Positions 1-9,520 of a stretch of DNA of 33,776 nt are shown one piece after another. The stretch comes from a virus (taxonomy: Duplodnaviria; Caudoviricetes): IMG/VR virus record IMGVR_UViG_3300036779_000276, positions 1 through 33,776 of that record; one strand, written 5' to 3'. The position numbers and the translations under genes are program-made. A model generated the notes under the pieces. That model worked only from the letters and a program-made list of their open reading frames with translations. It searched no databases and was not told where the DNA came from. Numbering within the stretch: the first letter of the stretch is position 1; every line of letters begins with the position of its first letter.

Positions 1-573
1 TCAGACTGCAGGTGACTCCGGCCAGTCGATATCAGGCGCAGTGCTGACATCCACACGACTCAGGAGGACACGGTACGTTTTCCAGGCCCTGAGTTGCTGT
101 AACTCTTCCTCCGTTGCCATCTCAATATCTGATGCATCCTGCAGCGGCACTATCACCTTTGCGGCTTCATCAAGCAGTGCTGATTTGGTTTTTTGAGCCT
201 GCGCGATAAGCTCTTCTTTCGACCAGGTGCGTGGAACAACTTTTTTACCGTCGAATACCCATTCCCCGCGCCTGATGCTGAAGCCCTCCGGCAATTTCCC
301 CTCAATTTCCGTAACGCTCATCCCCTCGGGGGAAAACATCGATATGGCATAAATGTTGCCGCGTTCCGGTACAGGCTTATCAATGACGGAGCGAATAATA
401 TTCTCGCTGTCGTACATGATTTTTATCGTGTTATCCGCAAAAAGCGACTGGCACTCATACCAGTCCTGTCCGTCTTCTGACTCGAAAAAGCGTATAGCGG
501 CAGCGGCATCGCCGTACTTTTCAATATCACGCTCGGTTGGCTGTTTAACCCTGAAATTTTTAATATTTTGCAT
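1..573 (-). CDS. Tail fibre assembly chaperone (Tfa/Caudo_TAP family)
   Basis: C-terminal 'LQDASDIEMATEEELQQLRAWKTYRVLLSRVDVSTAPDIDWP' is typical of Tfa; directly follows the tail fibre gene. Confidence 0.9.
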   Translation of the reverse strand: MQNIKNFRVKQPTERDIEKYGDAAAAIRFFESEDGQDWYECQSLFADNTIKIMYDSENIIRSVIDKPVPERGNIYAISMFSPEGMSVTEIEGKLPEGFSIRRGEWVFDGKKVVPRTWSKEELIAQAQKTKSALLDEAAKVIVPLQDASDIEMATEEELQQLRAWKTYRVLLSRVDVSTAPDIDWPESPAV

Positions 574-575
574 GT

Positions 576-1871
576 TTACCCCTGGGCATTAACCCACCCA
601 CCACGCGTCCAGAACTGAACGGGTTTGTAGCGAACATAAGACTGATTGTCGTTAAAGTCGCCGCCTGTTAATACATACCCTGCAGGCGCGTCACCACCCG
701 CGGCGGGCCACCAGGTGGAAATCACCGCGCCCAGCTGCACACTGGAAACAAAGTTCTGTAACGTCCAGCTCTGAACCTCATCTATACGCTGATTCACCCA
801 TTGCCATGTCGAGCGGGTGTTAATATTGTCATCCCGCGCGGCAAGCTGACCATTTGCCCAGTCCCATGTGGCACGGGTATTGATGTTGTTATCCCGCGCG
901 GTGAACTGATTAGCGAGCCATGTGCTCAGCCAGCCGCCCCATATTTCGCCATTGATATTACCGCCAGGCTCGAAAATTGCCCCGCCTGCATAAACGCTGG
1001 CACCTGCGTGAATGGAGCCGTTCGCGGTAAATGAGTTATCATTGGGGTTAAACATCCAGATATGGTCGCGCCCCTGGTCATCGAGAATATGAATACAGCC
1101 GGAAGGAAAATCATTTTTTCCGGAGACCAGCACCCCGTAGCTGATGGCGGCCTGATATCCGGTACCCGTCGTCTGCACGGTCGCTTTGGTCATGGGCAGA
1201 TACACGTTCCCACTGGCGCTGTAACCGGCGGAATAAAACAGGGCACGCCTGTCAGCCAGCTGGCTCTGAAAAGCACCACCACCGGGCCACGCTCCCTCTT
1301 TTGTTGAATAGTGATCCGCATTATCGAGCCAGGCCACCTCGCCACCCGCTGTGGGTACGGCCCCGACATCTGCGGCAGCCAGTGATATATCACCGTCCAG
1401 TTTCTTGTTATTTACCGTGCGCGTGACCGGCACAAACTCTTCGGCATCATGCGTCGCAATATCCCCCAGTCCGAGGTTTTTACGCGCCCTGGCTTTATCC
1501 GGCACATCGGCCAGATTGCTTGCTTTAAGCAGGCGCGTCCCGGCATTCTCATTCGCAGCAGTCCCCGCAGCGACAGCGGCCTTAACAGCTTTTGGTGTGG
1601 CGGCCAGCTCTTCACTGGTGCTGTCTGTGGCGCTGCTAAGCTGAACAAAACCTTTGTTGTTTAATGTGGCGTCTGGATGATTTCTGGATTTGATGTGTTC
1701 CGAAAGAGCCTGACTGGTTTCCTCCTGTTTTTTCTTTAAAAACCGGGTTCTGTTTGCCAGCTGGCCTGATGCTTTATTGGATATCCCCTCCGGGCCACCC
1801 AACACCGGGTCTGATGTTTCCAGTTGGTAGACTGTTTCTTCCCACTGTTCATTTTCGTTAAGATTTCCCAT
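576..1871 (-). CDS. Tail fibre protein
   Basis: N-terminal baseplate-attachment segment 'QLANRTRFLK'; 'HPDATL..KGFVQLSSATDSTSEELAATPKAVKAA' tail-fibre repeat; lies between tail protein I and tfa. Confidence 0.92.
   Translation of the reverse strand: MGNLNENEQWEETVYQLETSDPVLGGPEGISNKASGQLANRTRFLKKKQEETSQALSEHIKSRNHPDATLNNKGFVQLSSATDSTSEELAATPKAVKAAVAAGTAANENAGTRLLKASNLADVPDKARARKNLGLGDIATHDAEEFVPVTRTVNNKKLDGDISLAAADVGAVPTAGGEVAWLDNADHYSTKEGAWPGGGAFQSQLADRRALFYSAGYSASGNVYLPMTKATVQTTGTGYQAAISYGVLVSGKNDFPSGCIHILDDQGRDHIWMFNPNDNSFTANGSIHAGASVYAGGAIFEPGGNINGEIWGGWLSTWLANQFTARDNNINTRATWDWANGQLAARDDNINTRSTWQWVNQRIDEVQSWTLQNFVSSVQLGAVISTWWPAAGGDAPAGYVLTGGDFNDNQSYVRYKPVQFWTRGGWVNAQG
786..920. repeat. 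Degenerate 60-bp (20-aa) tandem repeat, about 2.3 copies, inside the tail fibre
   Basis: 781-840, 841-900 and 901-920 align in register; protein 'QFTARDNNINTRATWDWANG/QLAARDDNINTRSTWQWVNQ'. Confidence 0.85.
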
Positions 1872-1873
1872 GA

Positions 1874-2434
1874 TTAACTGCTCCCGTGGTTATATTTCCC
1901 GTCATAACGGGCTGTATTGTTATAGCGAATTGCAACGGACGTGAAATCCAGAGAAGCAAGCTCGCAGCGGGCTGGTGCAAATGCCGACAATGTCTGACGC
2001 AATAAGGCAGCCTGGTCATTGGTGACGGGTTGCGATAACCGGATCTGATAGAGTGCCCAGCGCGTCTCTGGCGGATATTTTTCAGCGATGTGCGGGTCAA
2101 GTTGCTCACCTCCTTCAATAAGAACGATTTCACCGAAGCCAAGATTCCTGATTACCTCGCGAATGGCCCATGGCGTGCCCTTAAAACGATGTAACTCAAT
2201 GGCTGATTTAATAAGCGCTCTTCGGGCCGGGTCAGACTCTGCCAGTTCCCATCCATCACCATATAAAGAGAACTGCTCACCCAGCCATGGCAATGCGGAG
2301 CTGTCGACGATATCGACGAGGTAGACCATCAGTACGCTGAGGTCGATATTGTCCAGTCGTGCGGCCAGCTTCCCCAGCGTTCTGAGACTGATATCACCCT
2401 CAAGCGGTGGTGGGAGTTGTAGCGGCTCAGCCAT
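1874..2434 (-). CDS. Phage tail protein I (P2 gpI-like baseplate wedge)
   Basis: 'LPWLGEQFSL...RALIKSAIELHRFKGTPWAIRE' motif; lies between baseplate J and the fibre. Confidence 0.9.
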   Translation of the reverse strand: MAEPLQLPPPLEGDISLRTLGKLAARLDNIDLSVLMVYLVDIVDSSALPWLGEQFSLYGDGWELAESDPARRALIKSAIELHRFKGTPWAIREVIRNLGFGEIVLIEGGEQLDPHIAEKYPPETRWALYQIRLSQPVTNDQAALLRQTLSAFAPARCELASLDFTSVAIRYNNTARYDGKYNHGSS

Positions 2435-3530
2435 CAGACACCCCGGTCATGTTGAGCGTGACAGAGGTGCAGTTCGCCCACTCATTTTCAGCAACGACCC
2501 GCAGTTCCGGCGTCACAAGCTCGACCTGATATACCCCGTCAACAGACAGCACGCTGATAATCTGGCTGGGAACAATATCCCGGCCCAGTAAAGCGGTGCG
2601 GGATGCCACCTGGTTCTGTATGGCACGGTTTGCCGCGTCTTTGACCGTGTTAGCATCCTGGTCACGGTAGACGGTAATGTTGGCCACAATGGTGTAATCC
2701 ACCTGTACAGGCTTTTTAGCCTGCACGGTATCAGTGAGCGGCCTGACTTTCTCATCCGAGCAGAAGCGCTCAACCAGCGTAAGGATGCTGTCGTCCGGCA
2801 GGCCGGTGCTGAGCAGCGGATACAGTTCCACGGTGCCCGGAACAGGAGTGAGTACGGAGACATCGACAATGCCGGGGTGGGCCTGCAGGGCATGAAAGCG
2901 GTACGCCATACGGCTCCCGGCGTTGGTAAACGACTCCGGGGCCAGCTTGATTCGTTCACGCAAACGGTCATTGCTTTCCTGCTCTGAACCACCCGCGCTG
3001 GCCGCCAGACTGGTCACCTGCAGGTCGACGTTATCAATCTCATCAAGCAGCTGGCTGACCTGTGCCGGTTGCCAGCCGTTGCCAGCGGCCCCCGGCCCGG
3101 TACAGGTGGCTGTGACGTTGACCAGCAGTAACCCGGCCTTCAGCACCACGTCCGTATCGGTGGCAAAAATGATGCTGTCCGAAGCGCTGACGCGGGTACC
3201 TGCGGGGATCAGCACATCAATGGCCAGTTCCTCATCCACGGAAAACTGGAGCGTGGTGGTGGCAGGCTGCGCGGCAAGGCGGTAAACACCGACCAGTTCA
3301 GCGAGATAATCAATCATCGGCTCACGGGCAAAAGCGACCAGATTCTGTCTGGCCGCTTCCTGTGCCGCCACCCTGACCAGCATTTCCCGGTACGCCCACA
3401 GGTCAATCAGCACGCGCTCGACCTGTGCGGGGTACAGCGTTTTACCGGTTGCGGCCTCATACTGCGCAATCATTTCAGCTGTGATTTTACCGGCATCGCG
3501 TTCAATAAAATCGGGTTCTGTCAGCGCCAT
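2427..3530 (-). CDS. Baseplate J-like wedge protein
   Basis: 'GGSEQESNDRLRERI', 'AGSRMAYRFHA' and 'VRPLTDTV' motifs of the P2 gpJ family. Confidence 0.93.
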   Translation of the reverse strand: MALTEPDFIERDAGKITAEMIAQYEAATGKTLYPAQVERVLIDLWAYREMLVRVAAQEAARQNLVAFAREPMIDYLAELVGVYRLAAQPATTTLQFSVDEELAIDVLIPAGTRVSASDSIIFATDTDVVLKAGLLLVNVTATCTGPGAAGNGWQPAQVSQLLDEIDNVDLQVTSLAASAGGSEQESNDRLRERIKLAPESFTNAGSRMAYRFHALQAHPGIVDVSVLTPVPGTVELYPLLSTGLPDDSILTLVERFCSDEKVRPLTDTVQAKKPVQVDYTIVANITVYRDQDANTVKDAANRAIQNQVASRTALLGRDIVPSQIISVLSVDGVYQVELVTPELRVVAENEWANCTSVTLNMTGVSDG

Positions 3531-3868
3531 AGCAGCTCCTGAGTCCGGGTCTGTCCGTCTGAGCCTTTCCAGCTCACCCGGAGTGTGAGATGTTCGCCGT
3601 CGACGGTGGGTTTAACCGACATAAGCTGGCAGCGAGGCTCCCAGCGACGGATGGCATCGACGGACTCGCGCACCACATGTGGGATGGCCCGGTCAATGGG
3701 CCAGTCGATATAAAGGTGCAACTGGCTTCCGAACTCCGGGCGATGCGGGTCGCTGCCGCGGGGAGTGCGCAGGATGATTTGCATGGCCTGCCAGATATCA
3801 TCCAGCCCCCGGACGATTTCGCCGGGAGCCTGCAGGGCCGGTTGCCAGAATACGGAGGTTGTTTTCAT
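3521..3868 (-). CDS. Baseplate wedge protein, GPW/gp25 family
   Basis: 'ILRTPRGSDPHRPEFGS...AIRRWEPR' signature. Confidence 0.92.
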   Translation of the reverse strand: MKTTSVFWQPALQAPGEIVRGLDDIWQAMQIILRTPRGSDPHRPEFGSQLHLYIDWPIDRAIPHVVRESVDAIRRWEPRCQLMSVKPTVDGEHLTLRVSWKGSDGQTRTQELLWR

Positions 3869-3874
3869 GGGGGC

Positions 3875-3917
3875 AGTATTGCCCCTGCGCGGGAACGCCG
3901 ATATTAAAGGCGTTTAA
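3875..3917 (-). promoter_or_regulatory. Late promoter 1 (TTAA-N6-TTAA box plus -10 AATACT)
   Basis: TTAA at 3904-3907 and 3914-3917, 23 nt from the -10 at 3875-3880; same geometry at three other late intergenic regions. Confidence 0.72.
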
Positions 3918-3923
3918 GAAGGT

Positions 3924-4520
3924 TCAGTGGGAGTGATGGTTGGAGTTCGCGCCGTCTGACAGCATACTGCCGGTTGAGTGGGCGTTCCCTTCAATCTCGA
4001 CGTTGCCCTGAATTGTCGCGGCAGCACCTTCGCCGCCAGAGCCTGCCATGCCCCCTTCATAGGTCAGTTTACCTCCGACCAGAAGGTTGCCGGTGATTTC
4101 GGTCTCAGGGGCATCAATCGTGGCTTTTTGCGTTTTCACCATCACGCCAGCGTTACATTCGATAACCATGTGTTCGATACCCCCCCGGATTGTGAGCGTT
4201 TGCGAAGCGCGGTTATAGCTGAACTCCGCATCATCCGCATATTTCGTGCCCCGGACGTTTTTGTCGCTGAACGGCGGTTTATCAACTTCTGAGTACACTG
4301 CGCCCAGAATGACACCGTCCTCGCCGTTGGCATCGAGCAACACCTCAACCTGCTCCCCCACGTCAGGTAGCCAGTAATCCTTGTTGTTCTGGGTATTACG
4401 CTGCAGCACGTTAAGCCAGTTGGTACGCATATTGTCGCACTCAGGCAGGCGAACGCGGGCCTGAACCTTGTCGGCATCTACGGCGCTGATCGTACCGACC
4501 TGACGGGTTACACCTGTCAT
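3924..4520 (-). CDS. Baseplate assembly protein V / spike
   Basis: 'LPDVGEQV...GVILGAVYS' OB-fold segment and C-terminal HxH ('NHHSH') iron-binding tip. Confidence 0.92.
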   Translation of the reverse strand: MTGVTRQVGTISAVDADKVQARVRLPECDNMRTNWLNVLQRNTQNNKDYWLPDVGEQVEVLLDANGEDGVILGAVYSEVDKPPFSDKNVRGTKYADDAEFSYNRASQTLTIRGGIEHMVIECNAGVMVKTQKATIDAPETEITGNLLVGGKLTYEGGMAGSGGEGAAATIQGNVEIEGNAHSTGSMLSDGANSNHHSH

Positions 4521-5677
4521 TTTTTCTTCTCCTTTATTACCGTTGAGGTGCTGCCGTCCGGTTTGTAGACGGTAAGCGTCCGGGTCTTGCCGGTCTGGTT
4601 GCCTTTTTTCGCCTTGCCCTGCGTCACCGGCCCCCGCGCCACGTCCAGCTCCGTCACATAACCGCTGTTGCGGTCAAAAGCGTGTCGGGCTGTGGTTATC
4701 AGCCATGGCCCGGATAACTGCCCAAAGTCCACCAGTTCAATTTTGTTGCCCGCTGTCAGCTGTGGCGTGCCGATTAACGTCAGGGAGCCGCTCTGCTGAT
4801 ATTCGTTATGGCTGGCCAGTGCAGAGTCCGCCTTGATTTTTGCGCTGTCAGGGTCGCTGACGCGGCTGTTGACCTGAAGACGGTCGGCGCTCGTGACCTT
4901 GCCGCCTTTGGCCTGTTTTTCGCTTTCGCTGGTGCCACCGTCAGCCTCGTAGACGATCAGCTTTTTGCTGCTGCTCTTCTGGTGTTTTACCTTAGCGGAC
5001 TTGTAGACCCGGTTGATGGTGTCGCGCAGAGAAAAGCGGGTCACATCCTGCGGTTTCAGCTGCCTGACCGGCTCCTGACCGCGCAGCGTGGCCAGATGGG
5101 AGAAAATCAGCTGGTCACTGACGACCTTCACCGCATAGCCATACTCGCTGGCCAGTCGACGCAGGAAACCGACGTCCGTTTCAGCGTACTGCGTTACGCG
5201 GTCAATTTTGATGGATTCAATGCTGCCAACCAGCTTCAGCTGATGTTTTTTGGCGATACGTCCGGCAATAGCTGCCAGCGTGGTGCTTTCAAAGCCGCGA
5301 CTGAATTTAGTCCGTAAGGCGTTGTTAACCGATGTGGCCACGCCCCGGATAGCGACAACGGACGCGGGCGAACTCACTTCGATCTCGTCTATCGAGAACG
5401 TACCGCAGGACAGCAGTTTCTCGCCCTGATAACCCATCTTCAGCGTCAGCGTGTCCCCCTTGCCCGGATACCACTTATCCAGCCAGCGGCCAGCGGTGTC
5501 GTCCAGCTCCACTTCAATGGTGTCGGACTCGCTTTTGATGTTGTCGCTCCAGGTCACGCGGGTGACGTATGGTGCGATATCACTGGTGATATTCTTCTGC
5601 AGATACCACAGGGTGAACATCGGACACAGCACCTCACTGACACCGGAGAGGGCAACCGGCGCTTTTACCTCAGCCAT
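4517..5677 (-). CDS. Phage late control D family baseplate hub protein
   Basis: 'SDTIEVELDD', 'QYAETDVGFLRRLASEYG'; lies between tail X and gpV. Confidence 0.9.
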   Translation of the reverse strand: MAEVKAPVALSGVSEVLCPMFTLWYLQKNITSDIAPYVTRVTWSDNIKSESDTIEVELDDTAGRWLDKWYPGKGDTLTLKMGYQGEKLLSCGTFSIDEIEVSSPASVVAIRGVATSVNNALRTKFSRGFESTTLAAIAGRIAKKHQLKLVGSIESIKIDRVTQYAETDVGFLRRLASEYGYAVKVVSDQLIFSHLATLRGQEPVRQLKPQDVTRFSLRDTINRVYKSAKVKHQKSSSKKLIVYEADGGTSESEKQAKGGKVTSADRLQVNSRVSDPDSAKIKADSALASHNEYQQSGSLTLIGTPQLTAGNKIELVDFGQLSGPWLITTARHAFDRNSGYVTELDVARGPVTQGKAKKGNQTGKTRTLTVYKPDGSTSTVIKEKKK

Positions 5678-5877
5678 GGCGGTACATCCTCATCTGATGA
5701 AACATCTTCAGCCTCAATAACCGGGATCAGCAACACCAGACCGGAAGGCAACACCGGCGTGATGGCCACATGCGGATTGGCGGCGATAATCCGGGGGTAG
5801 CCCATCGGGTCGCCGTAGTAGTGCCATGCCAGAGAGTCCCAGCGCTCCCCCTCGCGGGTAACATGCTCAAGAAACAT
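5665..5877 (-). CDS. Phage tail protein X (LysM-like)
   Basis: 'TREGERWDSLAWHYYGD...IIAANP...PPW'; ATG at 5877 overlaps the upstream TGA. Confidence 0.9.
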   Translation of the reverse strand: MFLEHVTREGERWDSLAWHYYGDPMGYPRIIAANPHVAITPVLPSGLVLLIPVIEAEDVSSDEDVPPWLR

Positions 5878-6761
5878 CACACACTCCTCGCCAGTATTCT
5901 GGCTGCCATGGTGCTCAATCCCGGCGACATGCGGGTGAAGGTGGTGCTGGCTGAATTCAGCTGACCAGAGACGGCATCCAGCGACGCTGCGATGTTGCTG
6001 CCGTCCACGCCGTTTAGCGAAGACTGCGCCTGCTGCACATACGTGGCCGCATCACTGGTGGCCCTGGCCAGACTGATGGCATCAGGCATGGATTCGGAGA
6101 GCGCATTAAATGCCGGAACGCTTTGACCCAGCGCCCCGGACACGTTTCCCAGACCGCTCATCAGACCCGGCACGCGGGTCAGCGCGACAGCTGGGCTATC
6201 CTTCATCTTCTGCGCGACCCGAACGGCGCTGATGGTGGTCTGGAGAACGGACTGCGCCTGTTTGGCATAGTTGACGCCGTCGCGGACGTACTGCGCCACC
6301 CCGGAAGGTGAAGGAACGGCACCGGAGACCGCCCCGACGCCGGGAACCTGCGTGCGTATTGCAGGTGGCTTCAGCGGATTCTTCGGGTCGCCGGTATACT
6401 CCCGGAGAGACGCAGTGGCATTGACGGCCAGCACGTTGCCGGTGCCGTCGGTTTGCTCGCTGGTCGCGGTCACGTCGGTAATAACGAACCAGCCGCGATA
6501 GTCACCATTCCCGAAGACCAGCGCCAGCGCCTGATGGGCTTTCATGGCCGTTCGCAGTCGTGCCAGCTCCACGTCGGGCACACAATAATGCTGATGGAAG
6601 ACCAGGCTTATCTGGATTTCGTCCAGCTTGTCGCCGACGAACTGCAGGCCGGGCTTTCCCTCAATACGGGGATGCTCGGCATAATCGACGCCGAATGTGG
6701 CCTCGAAGCCGTCCCAGTAGGTAATCAGCTCAAACTCAATATCACCCAGGACTGCGAACAT
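5877..6761 (-). CDS. P2 GpU-like tail tube initiator with long Ala/Ser-rich C-terminal extension
   Basis: N-terminal 'MFAVLGDIEF...YAEHPRIEGKPGLQFVG' is GpU-like; directly follows the tape measure gene. Confidence 0.82.
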   Translation of the reverse strand: MFAVLGDIEFELITYWDGFEATFGVDYAEHPRIEGKPGLQFVGDKLDEIQISLVFHQHYCVPDVELARLRTAMKAHQALALVFGNGDYRGWFVITDVTATSEQTDGTGNVLAVNATASLREYTGDPKNPLKPPAIRTQVPGVGAVSGAVPSPSGVAQYVRDGVNYAKQAQSVLQTTISAVRVAQKMKDSPAVALTRVPGLMSGLGNVSGALGQSVPAFNALSESMPDAISLARATSDAATYVQQAQSSLNGVDGSNIAASLDAVSGQLNSASTTFTRMSPGLSTMAARILARSV

Positions 6762-9238
6762 CAGTCATACCTCCGCCGTTGCTGCTGGACCATAAGGCGT
6801 TCCAGCATCTTCTCAAGCTCACGCATGCTCAGGTTCAGCGCACCGGTTATTCCAGCTGGCGCTGCGGACTCTTTGCCGTTGAGGTAAATCTGGGGATTAA
6901 AGACAACATGAACGCCCGATGCCGCACCGCCCCCTGTGGTAGCTGCGCTGCGCCCTGAATATCCCGTAGCCATGATTTCGGGTGACGGGATTCGGGGAAC
7001 ATCCGGTGTCATTTCGGTGGCCAGACGCTGGCCCGCCAGTGCGGCCAGTGGTGTGGTACGCTGCAGGCCGATAGTGGCCCCCTGGGCGATATTGTCACCG
7101 AAGCCCATAAATACCCGGCTCGGTGAGTGAATGCCCAGTTTTTCTTTAAACCAGCCGCCGATATTGTCGCCCAGATCACTGACGGTGGATTTTACGCTTT
7201 CCCATTTGTTTTTAATGCCGTTGACCAGCCCATCGATAAGGTAGCCACCGAAGTCGGTGAACTGCGCAGGCAGATCAACACCCAGAAACTTCAGCGCCCC
7301 GGCAAAAGCTTTATACAGCAGACCAGCCGGTGACCAGTTGAGCAGCAGTTTGCCGATCCCCACAATGCCCCCGTTAAACGCCGTTTTAATGTCAGCCCAG
7401 CGCTGTTTGAACCAGCTGCTGACAACCCCCCAGTTGCGATAAATTAGGTAAGCCGCCGCCGCGACGGCAGTGATGGCCAGACCGATAGGGTTCATCAGCA
7501 GCGCCCGGCCCATCCAGAGAACAGCGCGAGCCGCAATCATAATGCCGCGAACAAGGTTACCGGCCAGAACCTTACTGAGTTTAAGACCGCCGCTGGCCAG
7601 TCGACTGAACCCGGTAGCGAGCCCGCGTAATTTGCCGCCTTCTCCGAGTGCCGTTGTCAGCATTAACCAGTTTGTACGCAGTAGAACAACGCTTTTCCAG
7701 ACACTGACAAAGGGAGAAATAAGAAGGTTCAGCCCCAGCTTGAGACCGATGGTCGCTATCTTAAAAGCAATGAGGGCACTGATGACCTTAAAAGCCCCGC
7801 TGACAAATTGTGGGTGAGCTCCAATCCAGCGTCCGGCTCCCTGAATCAAAGGGATCAACTCTTCAGTCAGCGAGATAAAGGAAGGGGTCAGTTGATCGCC
7901 CAGGGTTATGGCCAGATCGCGACTGTTGACCATCAACGCTTTGGTGGCTTCAAGAGGCGATTTCAGGCGCTTATCGTATGACTCAGCCAGCATGTCATTA
8001 TCCGCCGCCTTCAGCGCACCGGCACGGATTTCACGATACCGGTCCATATTGGCCAGCATAGGGCGAATAAAAGACATCACCTGCATATCTGCAAACATAT
8101 CACCCAGAGCAAAATTATTCGCCAGCTCCTGCAGTACCTCATCCCTGGCAGTTTTATCCTCAATCGTCATGGCGGACTTAAATCCCGACAAGGCCTCCGG
8201 GTTTTTAGCCTTGAGGTATCGCTCGATGACACTCATCATGCCCTCAACAGGCGATATTCCAGCGGCTTTGTAATTCGCAATGGAACCCTGCAAATCAATA
8301 CCCAGGTCGGCAAATTGTTTCTGGGTATCGCTGGCGAAAAGTTTACTGAGGAAGTTTTTAAAGTTATTAGCTGCCTCATCAGGCGAACCCGCACCGATTT
8401 TTGCTATCTGAAGGCTGGCTCCGATTTCAGCTATCGCCTCTTTGCCACTGGCCACACCTTTCATCATCGGGGCGATAGACTGTATCCACTTAACCTGATC
8501 CGGAATTTCAAATGAGCCCTGATCACCGGCGTAAGCCATAATATTCTGGACGGCACCAAAATCTCTGGAGGCACCTTTCAGTGAGTTTTGCCAGACCGCA
8601 GCAACTTTGGCCCAGTCCTGACCCGATGTGCGTGTCGCGGTTGCCGCGCGGGCAATATCCGGCATTAAATACCCAATATCAGCGACATTATCGATATTGT
8701 CGCTGATGAGTGACCCCACTGCATCCTGAAGGTCATCCTGATACTGGTTGTATTTCAGCGCCCAGCCCTTTATCTGCGCACCCAGATTATCCCTGGTCTT
8801 GTCGTCATATTTCGCAGTAATAGACATATCGACCATTTTGTCCCTGAAGGACATTGACTGCTGCACTGCGGGAGAAACCGTCTGGTATACCGTCTGCGCC
8901 ATGGCATATGCTTCCACTCCCTGACCATAGAGTGCCATACGGTTAGCCTTCAGGGCATCGCTGGTAGAGGATGCAGCAGACAGACGGCGCTGTTGACGTT
9001 CGATCTGCGCCATTGTCCGCCCCACGCGCAGAAGCTCGTTGTTCAGTCGCTGCATGGATGAAGAACCGAGCTGTCCGTAACGTTCTGTGGCGCGGGTTAA
9101 GGCACTCTGGCGCTCCTGGAGGCGGCGGGATGTATCATTCAGGGAGTCCAGGGCACGTCGGGTGCCGCTCACCGCTGAGCGGAAGGTGCTGCCAACCATG
9201 CCACCAATAACAACACCGACTGAAAACTGACCCGACAT
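6761..9238 (-). CDS. Tail tape measure protein
   Basis: Long Ala/Gly-rich helical ORF with 'NPIGLAITAVAAAAYLIYRNW' and 'LGIHSPSRVF'; start reset to ATG 9238 behind a GGAGG RBS. Confidence 0.93.
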   Translation of the reverse strand: MSGQFSVGVVIGGMVGSTFRSAVSGTRRALDSLNDTSRRLQERQSALTRATERYGQLGSSSMQRLNNELLRVGRTMAQIERQQRRLSAASSTSDALKANRMALYGQGVEAYAMAQTVYQTVSPAVQQSMSFRDKMVDMSITAKYDDKTRDNLGAQIKGWALKYNQYQDDLQDAVGSLISDNIDNVADIGYLMPDIARAATATRTSGQDWAKVAAVWQNSLKGASRDFGAVQNIMAYAGDQGSFEIPDQVKWIQSIAPMMKGVASGKEAIAEIGASLQIAKIGAGSPDEAANNFKNFLSKLFASDTQKQFADLGIDLQGSIANYKAAGISPVEGMMSVIERYLKAKNPEALSGFKSAMTIEDKTARDEVLQELANNFALGDMFADMQVMSFIRPMLANMDRYREIRAGALKAADNDMLAESYDKRLKSPLEATKALMVNSRDLAITLGDQLTPSFISLTEELIPLIQGAGRWIGAHPQFVSGAFKVISALIAFKIATIGLKLGLNLLISPFVSVWKSVVLLRTNWLMLTTALGEGGKLRGLATGFSRLASGGLKLSKVLAGNLVRGIMIAARAVLWMGRALLMNPIGLAITAVAAAAYLIYRNWGVVSSWFKQRWADIKTAFNGGIVGIGKLLLNWSPAGLLYKAFAGALKFLGVDLPAQFTDFGGYLIDGLVNGIKNKWESVKSTVSDLGDNIGGWFKEKLGIHSPSRVFMGFGDNIAQGATIGLQRTTPLAALAGQRLATEMTPDVPRIPSPEIMATGYSGRSAATTGGGAASGVHVVFNPQIYLNGKESAAPAGITGALNLSMRELEKMLERLMVQQQRRRYD

Positions 9239-9284
9239 AATGGTTAACCTCCGGGGTGAATGAAAATATGTGGGGGGATAATGC

Positions 9285-9307
9285 AAAACAGCCGCCACTG
9301 GCGGCTG
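9285..9307 (-). terminator. Probable intrinsic terminator/attenuator between tail chaperones and tape measure
   Basis: 8-bp stem CAGCCGCC/GGCGGCTG with a 3-nt loop, followed by TTTT on the minus strand. Confidence 0.6.
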
Positions 9308-9313
9308 CTCGTA

Positions 9314-9520
9314 CTACGATTTGTCGCCGTACTCGCTGGCGATCTGCTTTTCAGCCTGTTCCAGCCACATTTCCAGATCGTCAGTATCGAGAGCGTCAAT
9401 TTCCCCCGGCTGGAACCGGAACCACCTCGCCAGCAGCCCCTGTGCCTGTGTCAGCGTCTTCGTCGCCTTTGCCCATCCCCGTGACGAGCTGAAATCGACG
9501 CTGTAATTGCAGGTAATCAG
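9314..9520 (-). CDS. GpE'-like tail chaperone extension, probably reached by programmed frameshift (not in the ORF track)
   Basis: Open frame encoding '...TLTQAQGLLARWFRFQPGEIDALDTDDLEMWLEQAEKQIASEYGDKS*', overlapping the chaperone 3' end in the +1/-2 frame, with no ATG/GTG before the conserved-looking core. Confidence 0.75.
   Translation of the reverse strand: MITCNYSVDFSSSRGWAKATKTLTQAQGLLARWFRFQPGEIDALDTDDLEMWLEQAEKQIASEYGDKS

Noticed and set aside
9399-9405. Canonical -1 slippery heptamer G GGA AAT before the chaperone stop
   Set aside because: The -1 frame gives a peptide (KLTLSILTIWKCGW...) with no chaperone-like character, and the GpE'-like sequence is in the other frame and begins upstream. 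Minor use is not excluded.
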